Positions 25,101-34,971 of a DNA stretch of 64,000 nt are shown here, piece by piece. Under the pieces are notes generated by a model, which saw only the letters and a list, made by a program, of their open reading frames with translations, was not told the DNA's origin and did not search any database. The stretch covers positions 12,896,001 through 12,960,000 of the forward strand of contig CM106586.1 of NCBI GenBank assembly GCA_048013815.1, written 5' to 3'. The DNA is from Setoptus koraiensis (Eukaryota; Animalia; Arthropoda). Position numbers and translations under genes: made by a program. Positions within the stretch are counted from its first letter, which is position 1; every line of letters starts with the position of its first letter.

Positions 25101-27764
25101 GATCAATCCTATCGTTCAACGACACTACCCGTCGACTCCTCCAGTGTATATGCTGAATTGGAGGGCAAGAGTAGCGCGATTCCAAATAGGGGTAGGCAAT
25201 CGTCTATGCATCATTCATTTTCCGTCCACAATCAAGATTCTGATAGATCGCAATCAATGAATTCCAATGAAACCCTCTCATCTTCCCAGAAACGTGCAAT
25301 CCACAAGTCTTTCAGTATGCATTTAAGAACGTCTTCCCAATCATCTCTTGGCGAGACTTCAAAAACGATTGAAAATGACACAAATGACGACGAGAATGAT
25401 GAAAATCACCTCAATAGTAATTTCAGAACAAATGAAACATTAATAGCTGCCAACAGAGAGTCTCATTGCGAGCGACAAGCTGTCAACCTGCGAGCAGTAC
25501 ATTACGTTATCATGGACAATAGTGATAAAAAGATATCACTGATAGAGTTAGTAGATGAGATAGATATTGTTGCTGGGATTTTATTTACCAGCGATACAAA
25601 GAGTCGCGCAAACATCTCCAAGAGAAAAAATACACACTGTCATAATACAACTACTATCCTAGATGAAGATCCCACTGGTGAGAATTCTAGTAACTTTGTC
25701 TCACGACCATTCAGACTACCTTCTGGCGGCATATCAAGTGTAGAAACCTCAACAATCGTGGATACAAAGCAATATTTAAGAAGTAAAAGTTTTGGGAATG
25801 ATACTCAGATAGTTCGAAAGATTGACACATGCACTAGTTACAACAATCCTTCTGAGGCTGTATCTATAGCTGGCGAAGAGATCTCAAACGAGGAGTACTG
25901 TCCCATTTTAGATTTTGTCGATAACACCAACAATGACGATTCTGAACTTACGAGCCTAAGAACACCAGCCAAGAATAGGGACCAGCAGCTTAATAGTTTA
26001 ACATCAACTCCAAATTTCAAATTCGCTTCCTTAATTAATCCAGATGTTCAGTGGGCAGCAAAGTGGACCCCATCGCAACATTCCAAAAGTGTTTATAAAG
26101 GCTTAAAGAGTGCTGCTAGTGGTTTCGTTTCATCTCTTCAAGAGTTCAAGACCTCATTTTCTACTCAAAACTCGAACTCTCCAGCTAAATTCCTCACCTA
26201 CGCAGCACAGACTAAATCTACAGCAACTAGAGAAATGTTATCTCAATGGGCAAACTATTTTACTGAATTATTGCCGCCCAAGGCTGGCCTTGATGAAGAC
26301 GAGACGTCTAGTGTTAGCTCGAGCGATAGAAGACGCACAAGTTTGGAAGATGATGATACGGATGGAGATTTTCTTCCAGCGAATACAGACAAGATATACG
26401 CACAACAACAATTATTTGATATTTTTGATCAATGTTATTCCGAAGATATTAATTTAGATTTTCCGTCTTATTCGACTAAGTGCAATCAAGATGATGTTGC
26501 TATAGAGATAGAAATGAGGACTTGTATCAGATGTGATACTTGTAAATCACTTCTCTTTGATGAGGAAATAATGGAACGCTGGTCGTCCAATGATTCCAAC
26601 TTGAGTATACAATGTGCCTATTGTTACGCACCTATAGTACCTCTGATGTCAATTCTTGTGAAAGATCACAGATTTAATTCAGCAAAGGAGGGTAAATTGG
26701 TTGATATTGAGAGCGAAAAATCAACGGATCAAGGTTCATCTTCCGAGTCAAACGGTGATGAGGGATATTCAGGTGATGTGCGACGACCAACCATTTTCGG
26801 CACCGCCTCTGGTCAACTTGATAAAAAAGATTCTAATGACGATCATAAGAAGTCATTCACGGTTCCATATTTGAGTCCACTGGTCCTCAGGAAAGAGGTA
26901 GAGAATGTTCTCGAAGGATCGGGAGATTGTTGCTTGGCCAGTAGTGATTTCGTCGACAATCATCCGATAATATTTTGGAACCTTGTTTGGTTTTTCACTC
27001 GATCAAAACTACCCTCACATTTGCCTAGCCTTTGTCTATATGCAAACACCCTACTAAAAGAACAAGAGGTAAATATAGACTTCTCAGTTTATGTATTTTT
27101 AGTCAGACTTTGGACTGATTTCTAATTAACGCTGACTTAATCATCCGCGATTATAAAACTTAGGTTCCTCACTCATCTAGCCGTACATCAGTTATTGTAC
27201 GCACGTTTTGGGATAATGAAAAGTTGCATGCTGGTATTGGTAGGCCTCTATACCAGTTGATAGGAAGAGATATTCCGACCCTTAATGTTCAAGCGATCTT
27301 GGCAGACTCTATAAACTTTTCTAAGCCATTATTGCAAAGGGTCATCAATTTGATAAAAGCAAACGATATCTTGGCGGCCACCATGGTTATCCTCAATGAA
27401 AGATTAAAGAGCACAACGAACCCATTTACGCCAGATAAGAACTATCATAACGTTCATAGAGAATTGTTATTTCTTATTCTCACAATCATCAGCAAAGAGA
27501 AGCTGTCCACAAGTAAGTCATTAATCAAACAAAGAAAGCAGGCACGATTGAATGATTTATCGCAGTGATATTGATCATTATTCTTTTCTTTTTCTTTTAT
27601 TTATCCCAACTGAAGTCTCCTTTGAACGGGCCTATAGAAGAGCGTATGATATATTGATATACAAGCAAGTGGCCCTCAATAGGTTCGACAAGCCGCCAAG
27701 CCAACGATCTCTATATTGTCGCCAATTTTTCAGGGATCTCGAACTAAGACCAAATCATGGATAG
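22146..27764 (+). CDS. DENND4: DENN domain protein 4 / Crag (Rab10 GEF): MABP, uDENN-DENN-dDENN and PPR-like region
   Basis: MEDRRVADYFVVAG start; PITDITVI..GYSCIE; FALPESVPLFCLP; FVLT; LFPFHWQCPYVPLCP; RTKQE; YGQPALAVRV..PNAVTYGYYNKAVLE; PYLSPLVLRKEVE; HPIIFWNLVWFF. One exon of ~4.9 kb (to ~27068), then exons of about 27164-27511 and 27621-27764. Confidence 0.95.
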
Positions 27765-28121
27765 AGGAGAGAAATATCAAAAGTTCAAACAAAACGTACA
27801 ATAGAATAAGTCCTAAAATGTGCCTTCAATGATGGTGCAGGGTTTGAGTGGTGCACCTTCCCCGCATGCGCAGAATCGCCATTTCTGGTGTCAAAGAGCG
27901 GATGTTCTACGCGTTTCAGATTCGCGCTCTGTTGCTCGCAGGGGGAGGCGCGCTCCTTCTTCCCCTGTACCTAGCGTTGGTGCAAATCTGCAACAAACAC
28001 TACCTGTACCATCATTCACGTTTGCGACTGCAACAACAATCTTTTACAACTATCCTACGCCGACAATTTTAATTATTATTACTCTCAAAAAAAGGCAAAA
28101 ACCTCACTTGAGACTTTAAAT

Positions 28122-29458
28122 ATGATTGGCTATACGTTATCTTTCTTCCGTTCGACACCGAAAAAGCCAACAACTCCGACGACCCCCTCTCCAACAGCAG
28201 CCACGTCAGCCACATCGGCCAGTAAGCCATCTCAAAATATTGTAACACTACCATTGACACTGAATCATCATCATCACAGACAAACAACTCTGCAGCATCG
28301 CAACTCTGTAAATGTAAGACTAACTAATGACTTCAAAAAGAATGTCTTCATCACCGACCACGGCAAAGAACTTGTTGCCGACGAGGCGCCGCAAGATATC
28401 TTCAAATATCTGGACAATCTAGGCGTCGGGGCCAGCGGCCAAGTAGACAAAATGCAACATATTCCTACTGGTAAATTGTGTGCAGTCAAACAGATGAGAC
28501 GAAGCGGCAATGACGATGAAAACAAACGCATCTATAGGGATTTGGAAGTATTACGCAAATGTCGTCATGATAATATTGTTAAATGTGTAGGTTACTTTAT
28601 TTGTGATACTGAAGTTTGGATTTGTATGGAACTGATGACCACATGCTTTGACAAGCTTCTTAAGGAAACCAAAAAACCGCTACCAGAACACTTTCTCGGT
28701 GCCATTTCTTATTCAGTCGTTAAAGCTTTAAATTATTTGAAAGAAGAGCACGGAATTATCCATCGTGATGTCAAACCTTCAAACATAGTGATAAATGATG
28801 AAGGCGTGATAAAACTCTGTGACTTTGGCATCAGCGGTAGGCTTGTAGACTCAAAAGCCGAAACCAGAGCTGCCGGTTGTAATGTATACATGGCGGTAAG
28901 TGTCTCCACGAAGTGTTTTTCTTTTTTTTTTTTTTTTTCGTTTTGATCCAATCATACTCATATTGTTCACTAAACCTTTTCACCCTATCATCAGCCCGAA
29001 CGGATCGATCCAGCCACCTCCACCTATGATGTAAGATCAGACGTCTGGAGTCTTGGTATTTCCCTTGTTGAATTGGCGACAGGTATATCTCCGTATGCCA
29101 ATTGTGATTCGCTATGGGAAGTCATAACTAAAGTGATGGAAGAAGAACCACCACGTCTCCCTAAGAATATGAAATTCAGTGAAGAATGTAGGAATTTTGT
29201 TGATACATGTCTAACAAAAGATTACAGGAGAAGACCTAAATATAAACAATTGATTGTAAGTATTAGCCCTCGGTCATAAATTCCTTTTTAAACGATAGTC
29301 ATTCTACTGATTCGTATTCATCTACTATTTCGTTTTCATCTACTAATTCGTCTTCATTTATTATCTTTTTCTCTTCATTACTAATATCTTCGCAACAGGA
29401 GCATGAATTTGTATTAAAACACAAGGATACTATTGTTAAATTGACAGATCTGAACTGA
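28122..29458 (+). CDS. MKK7: MAP kinase kinase 7 (hemipterous, JNK kinase), 3 exons; N-terminus uncertain
   Basis: [66 protein letters not shown]|[38 protein letters not shown]. Exons 28122-28895, 28995-29255 and 29399-29458. Confidence 0.93.
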
Positions 29459-29578
29459 TCTTGTATTCTTTTTATGAAACGTTTGTAGTAGAACTGATTA
29501 AAACTAAAGCGCATGGTAAACTTCTATAAGATTTATTTATTGTATCTGGTGTGCTTATATTAGAATAAATAGTTATAG

Positions 29579-30826
29579 TTAGTCATCTTTATTTTTTGCA
29601 CTGGGTGTTGGGTGGTCTTTGTAATTGATTAATGACTTGAAATCACCTCTAATTAGAGCGAGCGTCATTGGCACAATAATACAACAAGGTACCAAATACA
29701 ACAGAGCTGGTTGTGCGTGCTTAAACCAAGTCATAATGCCAATAGTGATTCCTAAACCGAGAACGTAGGCTACAAAACATGACCAAAAGTAAACATTGTG
29801 TTTCCTTTTGAGACTGTGGTCAAATCTCAATAATAGGGCTATGAATATACCGGGTATAACAATGTCGCCAAGGCCCAGCATGGCAAAATGTTTGCCCCAG
29901 ATACCGTTAACCAAGAAATCTTGCGGGAAGACAAGTTTGATGGGTGCATCAAATGATTTTGCTACAGACACCATAACGTCTGTGCCAAAAACCCAGAAGA
30001 CATCGTAGATGAATAGTCCACCTAATAGAATGCATCCGGTAGTGACAGTGTTTAAATTCAACAATTCTATACCATTGAGCGAGAAAGCCAATCCAAATGC
30101 ATTATTCAATATCCAATGTTTAGTTGTGATATAAACTAAACCAAAAGTGGCAGCAATAGCGAACGCAATAGAATCGCCAATAGTGAATTTAAAATCTACA
30201 TATAGATTGTCATCTGGATGTAGTGCGCCATCATCTCCGCAAGGGGACGGATTTGAATCGGCGCGAGTTCCCTCCGGCGATGAGGTTTCGCTTCTGTCGT
30301 CATTATCATCATTGTTATCGTTTTTGTTACTATTAGTTGTGTCCTTGTTGCTGCTAGTGTTGGTGTTTCTTGAGGCAAACAATAATGTATATTGCATTGT
30401 GTTTATTCTGCTATTAACAGGGAAGATCCTTTTGATAAGTGGACTAATGAGACGATAAAGAGCAATGACGCCTAATACAAAAAAGTAGCCAGATAGTATT
30501 AGATTGACACAATCTGGTGATATTTTGATCAATATGTAGAATACTACTAAAGCGCAGCTAGCTATCAATGGAAATATAAGAGCGTCCTTAGTGGTCATTG
30601 TTTCTGCTTGCTCTCCCGTTTCCTCGCATTTGACATGAGTCTCTATTTGGTGCTTGACAGATTTGAATGAGCCAAACAATATTGGCAACAAAGCCATGAA
30701 CATAATACTTAGATAGGCGCATGCCATGCCTTCTGGGGTAGACTTGAATTTAACTTGGTCAGTCTGATTTGTTGTTGCCGAGGACAACGCTGGAATGTCT
30801 AATAGAGCCTCTTTAGTGTCGGCCAT
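29579..30826 (-). CDS. HM13: Signal peptide peptidase (GxGD aspartyl intramembrane protease), intronless
   Basis: Catalytic motifs LFIYDVFWVF and LGLGDIVIPG, QPALLYLVP, and a C-terminal KNKDD ER-retrieval-like signal. Confidence 0.95.
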   Translation of the reverse strand: MADTKEALLDIPALSSATTNQTDQVKFKSTPEGMACAYLSIMFMALLPILFGSFKSVKHQIETHVKCEETGEQAETMTTKDALIFPLIASCALVVFYILIKISPDCVNLILSGYFFVLGVIALYRLISPLIKRIFPVNSRINTMQYTLLFASRNTNTSSNKDTTNSNKNDNNDDNDDRSETSSPEGTRADSNPSPCGDDGALHPDDNLYVDFKFTIGDSIAFAIAATFGLVYITTKHWILNNAFGLAFSLNGIELLNLNTVTTGCILLGGLFIYDVFWVFGTDVMVSVAKSFDAPIKLVFPQDFLVNGIWGKHFAMLGLGDIVIPGIFIALLLRFDHSLKRKHNVYFWSCFVAYVLGLGITIGIMTWFKHAQPALLYLVPCCIIVPMTLALIRGDFKSLINYKDHPTPSAKNKDD

Positions 30827-31727
30827 TTTGTTGCACTTGCTGCTGGCGCTGTAGGATCTAGATCAGCTGAATAATAGCCGAGGCAATAATGATAATAAAT
30901 AAAATATCAATTAACAGATAAATTATTTACAATAATGGTATTGTCAATAGTAATGTTATACGATGAGACGATGATGATATGTTGATGGGACAAATAAATA
31001 AATGTTTAGTTTCATTGGCTATCGATTGAAATTGGAAGATGATGGAATAAGCGAGAAGTGTAAACTATGACAGCAGACAGACAGATGTTACCTTATTGTT
31101 TGTGAACTGTTTCCGAAACGTATACACCGGTTTAGGAGAAAATCCGCCAGGGCGGCGCTGCAATTGCCAGTGTTGATTGTGCTGCTGATGCGGTGCAATG
31201 TAACAGCACTGTAACAGTTGGCACAACAGGAATTCAATTGAACACGTCGAATTAGTGCAACATAGCGATAGGATGTAGTTTTAGCGCGCCATTCGAACTA
31301 ACAAATTGCGACAGGTGAAATGAGGTGACACAGCTAGTAGAAGTTTTAACCCGGACTAACATTACGCAAGCCGGTTGTTTTACAATTGTCAGCGACCGCT
31401 ACCAAAGGGGGCCTCCCAACTGGCCGGCCCAACTGGCCGGCCAATCGCGACGGTAGACACAGGCATGATGGGTATTCCGGGAGCCGTCTGTCGGAATCGC
31501 CCGGGAACGCACACCCAGGAAACGATGGCAAACAATGGCGAATAAACAGATCAATTGTAGCAGTTGTCGCGGCCAGACTAACAGCAGGCAAGCGGTTGTA
31601 TCCAATAACAAACAGTGCGACAGTGCCGACTGATGTTACATGATTTTGCGACAAATTCGCGACCACACACAGGTGACGGGCCGTCAGACAGGTGAGTGAG
31701 CACCAATATTACGGTGACAGTTTCATG

Positions 31728-31771
31728 GTGGCTCGTAATGGTGGCTCGTAATAGTGGCTCGTAATAGTGGC
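31728..31771. repeat. 13-bp tandem repeat GTGGCTCGTAAT(A/G), about 3.4 copies
   Basis: Units at 31728, 31741 and 31754, with a partial unit at 31767. Confidence 0.9.
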
Positions 31772-32040
31772 GCTTCGGTGTTAGTCTGTCACGCTGATGC
31801 AACTGCTAATACTCGTCGTAATGCAACTCGTTGTCAGTCGCATTGTCATTACAATGCACAATTGCGTAACTGTCAGTGCTGATCATCGGTGTGCTTGCTC
31901 TGCCATTCTAGCACTCTTCCTCTGTACATACACTTACAATTGCAGGTGTAAATTTATTATTATTATTATCGTAACGTATTTTATACATTGATTGCGTCAT
32001 CACATTACATTAGATAAATGAGCAGTTAGCGCAACAAAAT

Positions 32041-32244
32041 GACTACACGGTCTCAACAACACGGTGGGCGGCCAAACGATCGTCACGATCTTGCAGAGCC
32101 TCCGTTAAATGGCGGCAAACCATATTTGGCCTGCTTATAGAATGGGGTGCCCACCAGAGAATTTGTCTTGCTATCGCTGATGCTGCTGGCATGGCGGCTG
32201 GGCTGTCTGTGTAGTTTATCATTGTGCCAACAAGATTTCTTTTT
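32041..32244 (+). ncRNA. Candidate Pol III structured ncRNA with 7SK-like architecture
   Basis: Hand-identified nested stems: 32041-50/32207-16, 32051-54/32157-60, 32063-69/32149-55, 32070-76/32125-31; internal hairpins GATCG-TCA-CGATC and GCCTCCGT-TAA-ATGGCGGC; 3' hairpin 32218-36; TTCTTTTT end; TAGATAAA at -30..-23. Family assignment is inference. Confidence 0.5.
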
Positions 32245-32444
32245 ACTGATAACAAACAGTTCGCCTCTAACAGCGGAATTCTTATAGAAGCACAATATAA
32301 CGCTGTACTTTTCGATCACTCTATGCCAGTGGAGCCATGCAAATGAAAAAAACAAAAACAAAACAAAAACACATTGTAATATAATTGTTATCAGCGGAAC
32401 AGGAAAAACAAAACAAAGTTGTTCACTTGTTGACTATTCACTAC

Positions 32445-34971
32445 TCACTTGGCGTCCGTGTGACTCAGGTAGGTGACTTTCATTGATCGAATCAAATTGT
32501 GATAAGACTTCAGTGAGATTCTGGCATTCTTTATCTTGGTGGGTCTGCCGTGATCAACAAGTAACGCCATGGGATGGTCCATCGACATATCGAAGGAGGC
32601 CTTTAGAACGTGACCACTTCTCGCTTTGAATCTAATCACCAACGGCGATTGATCTGGCCTAGATGAAAATTTAGCTGGGTCTGAGTCGGGCCAATAATCT
32701 AACTCAACATGATAATTGGGGGCTGATAGATTGGACAAATGGTATTGATTGCGACAATAGTATTCGACAATAGTATTAGCCAATCTCAAATCAGCACTAA
32801 CAAATCTCGCTCGACATCTCGCTTTACACTCACCACAAAGGGCGCCAGGTACGCCTGCAACCAAGTAAAGACTCTTCAGTCGTTCCACACCCTCAACAGG
32901 CTCACTTTCGTGCAATATCCTTCGGCACTGTTCTTCGGGATATCTGTTACACTTTGAGCATTGTCTATAGAACACACGGTAGATATTGATTATAACACTT
33001 GTTCAAATATTTTGTCAAGAAAATTATTTCTCTTCTCATGCTCACCCCAGAAGGTAGTCGTTGTAACTGTTGCACGGGTAACCCACCAGTTCACACTCGT
33101 GCTCTTTTTCGTCTGTGAATTCCTCAAGTGTTGAAATAAACAACATGATGGCCCTGCCGTGATCACAAGCTGTCATTAAAGGATAACGGAAATATTATTG
33201 GTAATTGAGGAATAGCGAAATATATACTTGTTCGTATGGTGACAACGGTTGAACACTCACTTTGACTTTTCATTGTTAGTGCACTCTCTGATACACATTG
33301 CGGCTGGTTGTTACCTAATCATGATGAATTTAAACGACGATTATTATACATATTTATAATGGTGGCAGTTGTTAGATAGTTAGTGATGCTACTGCTATTC
33401 ACCTCCGTTAGGATAAAAATCTATGTGACCCCGTTTCTCGGTTTGACCAAAGAAGCCAGCGTTTGTGTGAATTACTTGAACTATTTCGGCATCGGTCTTT
33501 CGCACGCCCTTTGCATCGTGAATCAGGGGCAAGGCTGGATCGAACGCGGTCAGTCTTCGCGGCTTCGAGCCATCTTTTAAGACTATTTGCCTGCTTGCAA
33601 ACGCTACGACATGAGCGCCCAAACTGTAGCCCATCATGTGCAGATGTTCGTATCTTAGACCCTTGTGCTGGTGCAAATCCACCAAAAACTGGCCCAATAT
33701 TTCACCGAACACCTTTGTGGAACGAGCCGATGTTTTGTACATCCAAAACTGACCATAAGGCGACCAGTCGATGAAAATGGCCACATCAAACAATTTCAGT
33801 ACTTGGCGTCTCAACAGCACCATGTTTTCCGATTCTGCACTGTTCCAGAAGCCATGCGAAACAGCTGCCACCTTGCCGGTAAAATCTATTTTGCAATTGA
33901 CTATTTCATCAATAGATGGCTCGGCTAAAAATTTCACATTCTCCTTATCTTTGCCATACACAATCAATTTGACGTTGTTTAAATTATATTCCACCTCTTC
34001 GTCTTCCATATCGAAAAATTTCTTTTTTCTAGGCTCCAGATTTTTCTCGTCAATGTCATGCTCGATACTGTCAATTGTGTGGCCATTCTGTTTGCGTTTA
34101 TCATTGCCACTCTCTTCTTCTTCTTTGTCTTGTTCTTCGAATATGCTCTCCATGGAATCCGTTCTCTCAATATGAAACCTATTATTGTCACTGGCACTAT
34201 TGGTGCCAGCATCGGCTCGTTCAGCACCGTCGACCGGCTCATCTTCGTCCTCGTCACCCCAATTGTCGTCGTCGTCGGCATCGTCTTCGTCCTCTTCGTC
34301 GTCCGATTCCTCATAATCGGGACCATGTTCGTCATTTTCGTCGCCATCGTTGTCCGGTCCAGTCGTTCTCGTTGCCTTCGACACTGGCTCTGACAATATT
34401 TTGGCCACGATTCTTTTTCTGTCCTCCTCGGTGGCCAAAGATCGTTCCTTGACCGGACTGATAACATCGAGCGACAATTGACCATTCTCCGCTTCGTTTG
34501 TGATGTCGACAGTGTGAGTGCCGCCATTCAACTCTTTGAGAGCATCCAAATCATTTCTCCAATCGAAAGATTCAACATCAATATGTTTTACGTGATTCTT
34601 CAAACTTTTCAACGCTCGCTCTTTCCACGAATCAGACTTGCTCAAGATTAATTTTTGCTGTAACTTGAATATATCTGTGCCGAAGCTTTCATCATCGTCG
34701 TCGTCCAGATCTTCCCTCTGGTCCTCATCCTCTACATGCTGCTCGCTATACAACCAGCCGTCGTCGCTCGTTTCGGATACAATTGTCCGACAGGTACCTA
34801 ACGGTTTTTAATTGGCCAATAGCGCACACAATGTTGAGAGTTATTAGTTAGGCAAATCATTGTTATATGTGTGTTAATTACATTTATCGTGCGGCATTGC
34901 AGCGGAATTGTCTGAATTGACTCACAAGCAATCGACAAGAATGTCACCAACACTAACAGGCCTGTATGCAT
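32445..34971 (-). CDS. Secreted pancreatic-lipase-family enzyme (short-lid, PLA1-like) with long acidic N-terminal region, 5 exons
   Basis: Signal peptide exon MHTGLLVLVTFLSIA (34971-34926) splices in phase to the 34797 exon. SHG oxyanion motif, GYSLG (Ser), FDPALP (Asp), HTNAG..GHIDFYPNGG|NNQPQC-12 aa-CDHGRA (His), then GYPCNSY..G|QCSKC and a C-terminal domain ending at 32445. Confidence 0.9.

Noticed and set aside
32083-32140. SIFamide-like peptide (PPFNGG on -, PPLNGG on +)
   Set aside because: No in-frame SIFG-KR or signal peptide; the two-strand resemblance arises from the quasi-palindromic hairpin.
32041-32244. Telomerase RNA, RNase P/MRP, U1/U11/U12 or hammerhead identity for the structured element
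   Set aside because: No CCUAA-type template, no GGAA/GAAAGUCC CR-I, no snRNA 5' signatures, and CUGAUGC rather than CUGAUGA with no matching core.
33463-34527. Several overlapping antisense and alternative-frame ORFs
   Set aside because: Shadows of the low-complexity acidic lipase exon.
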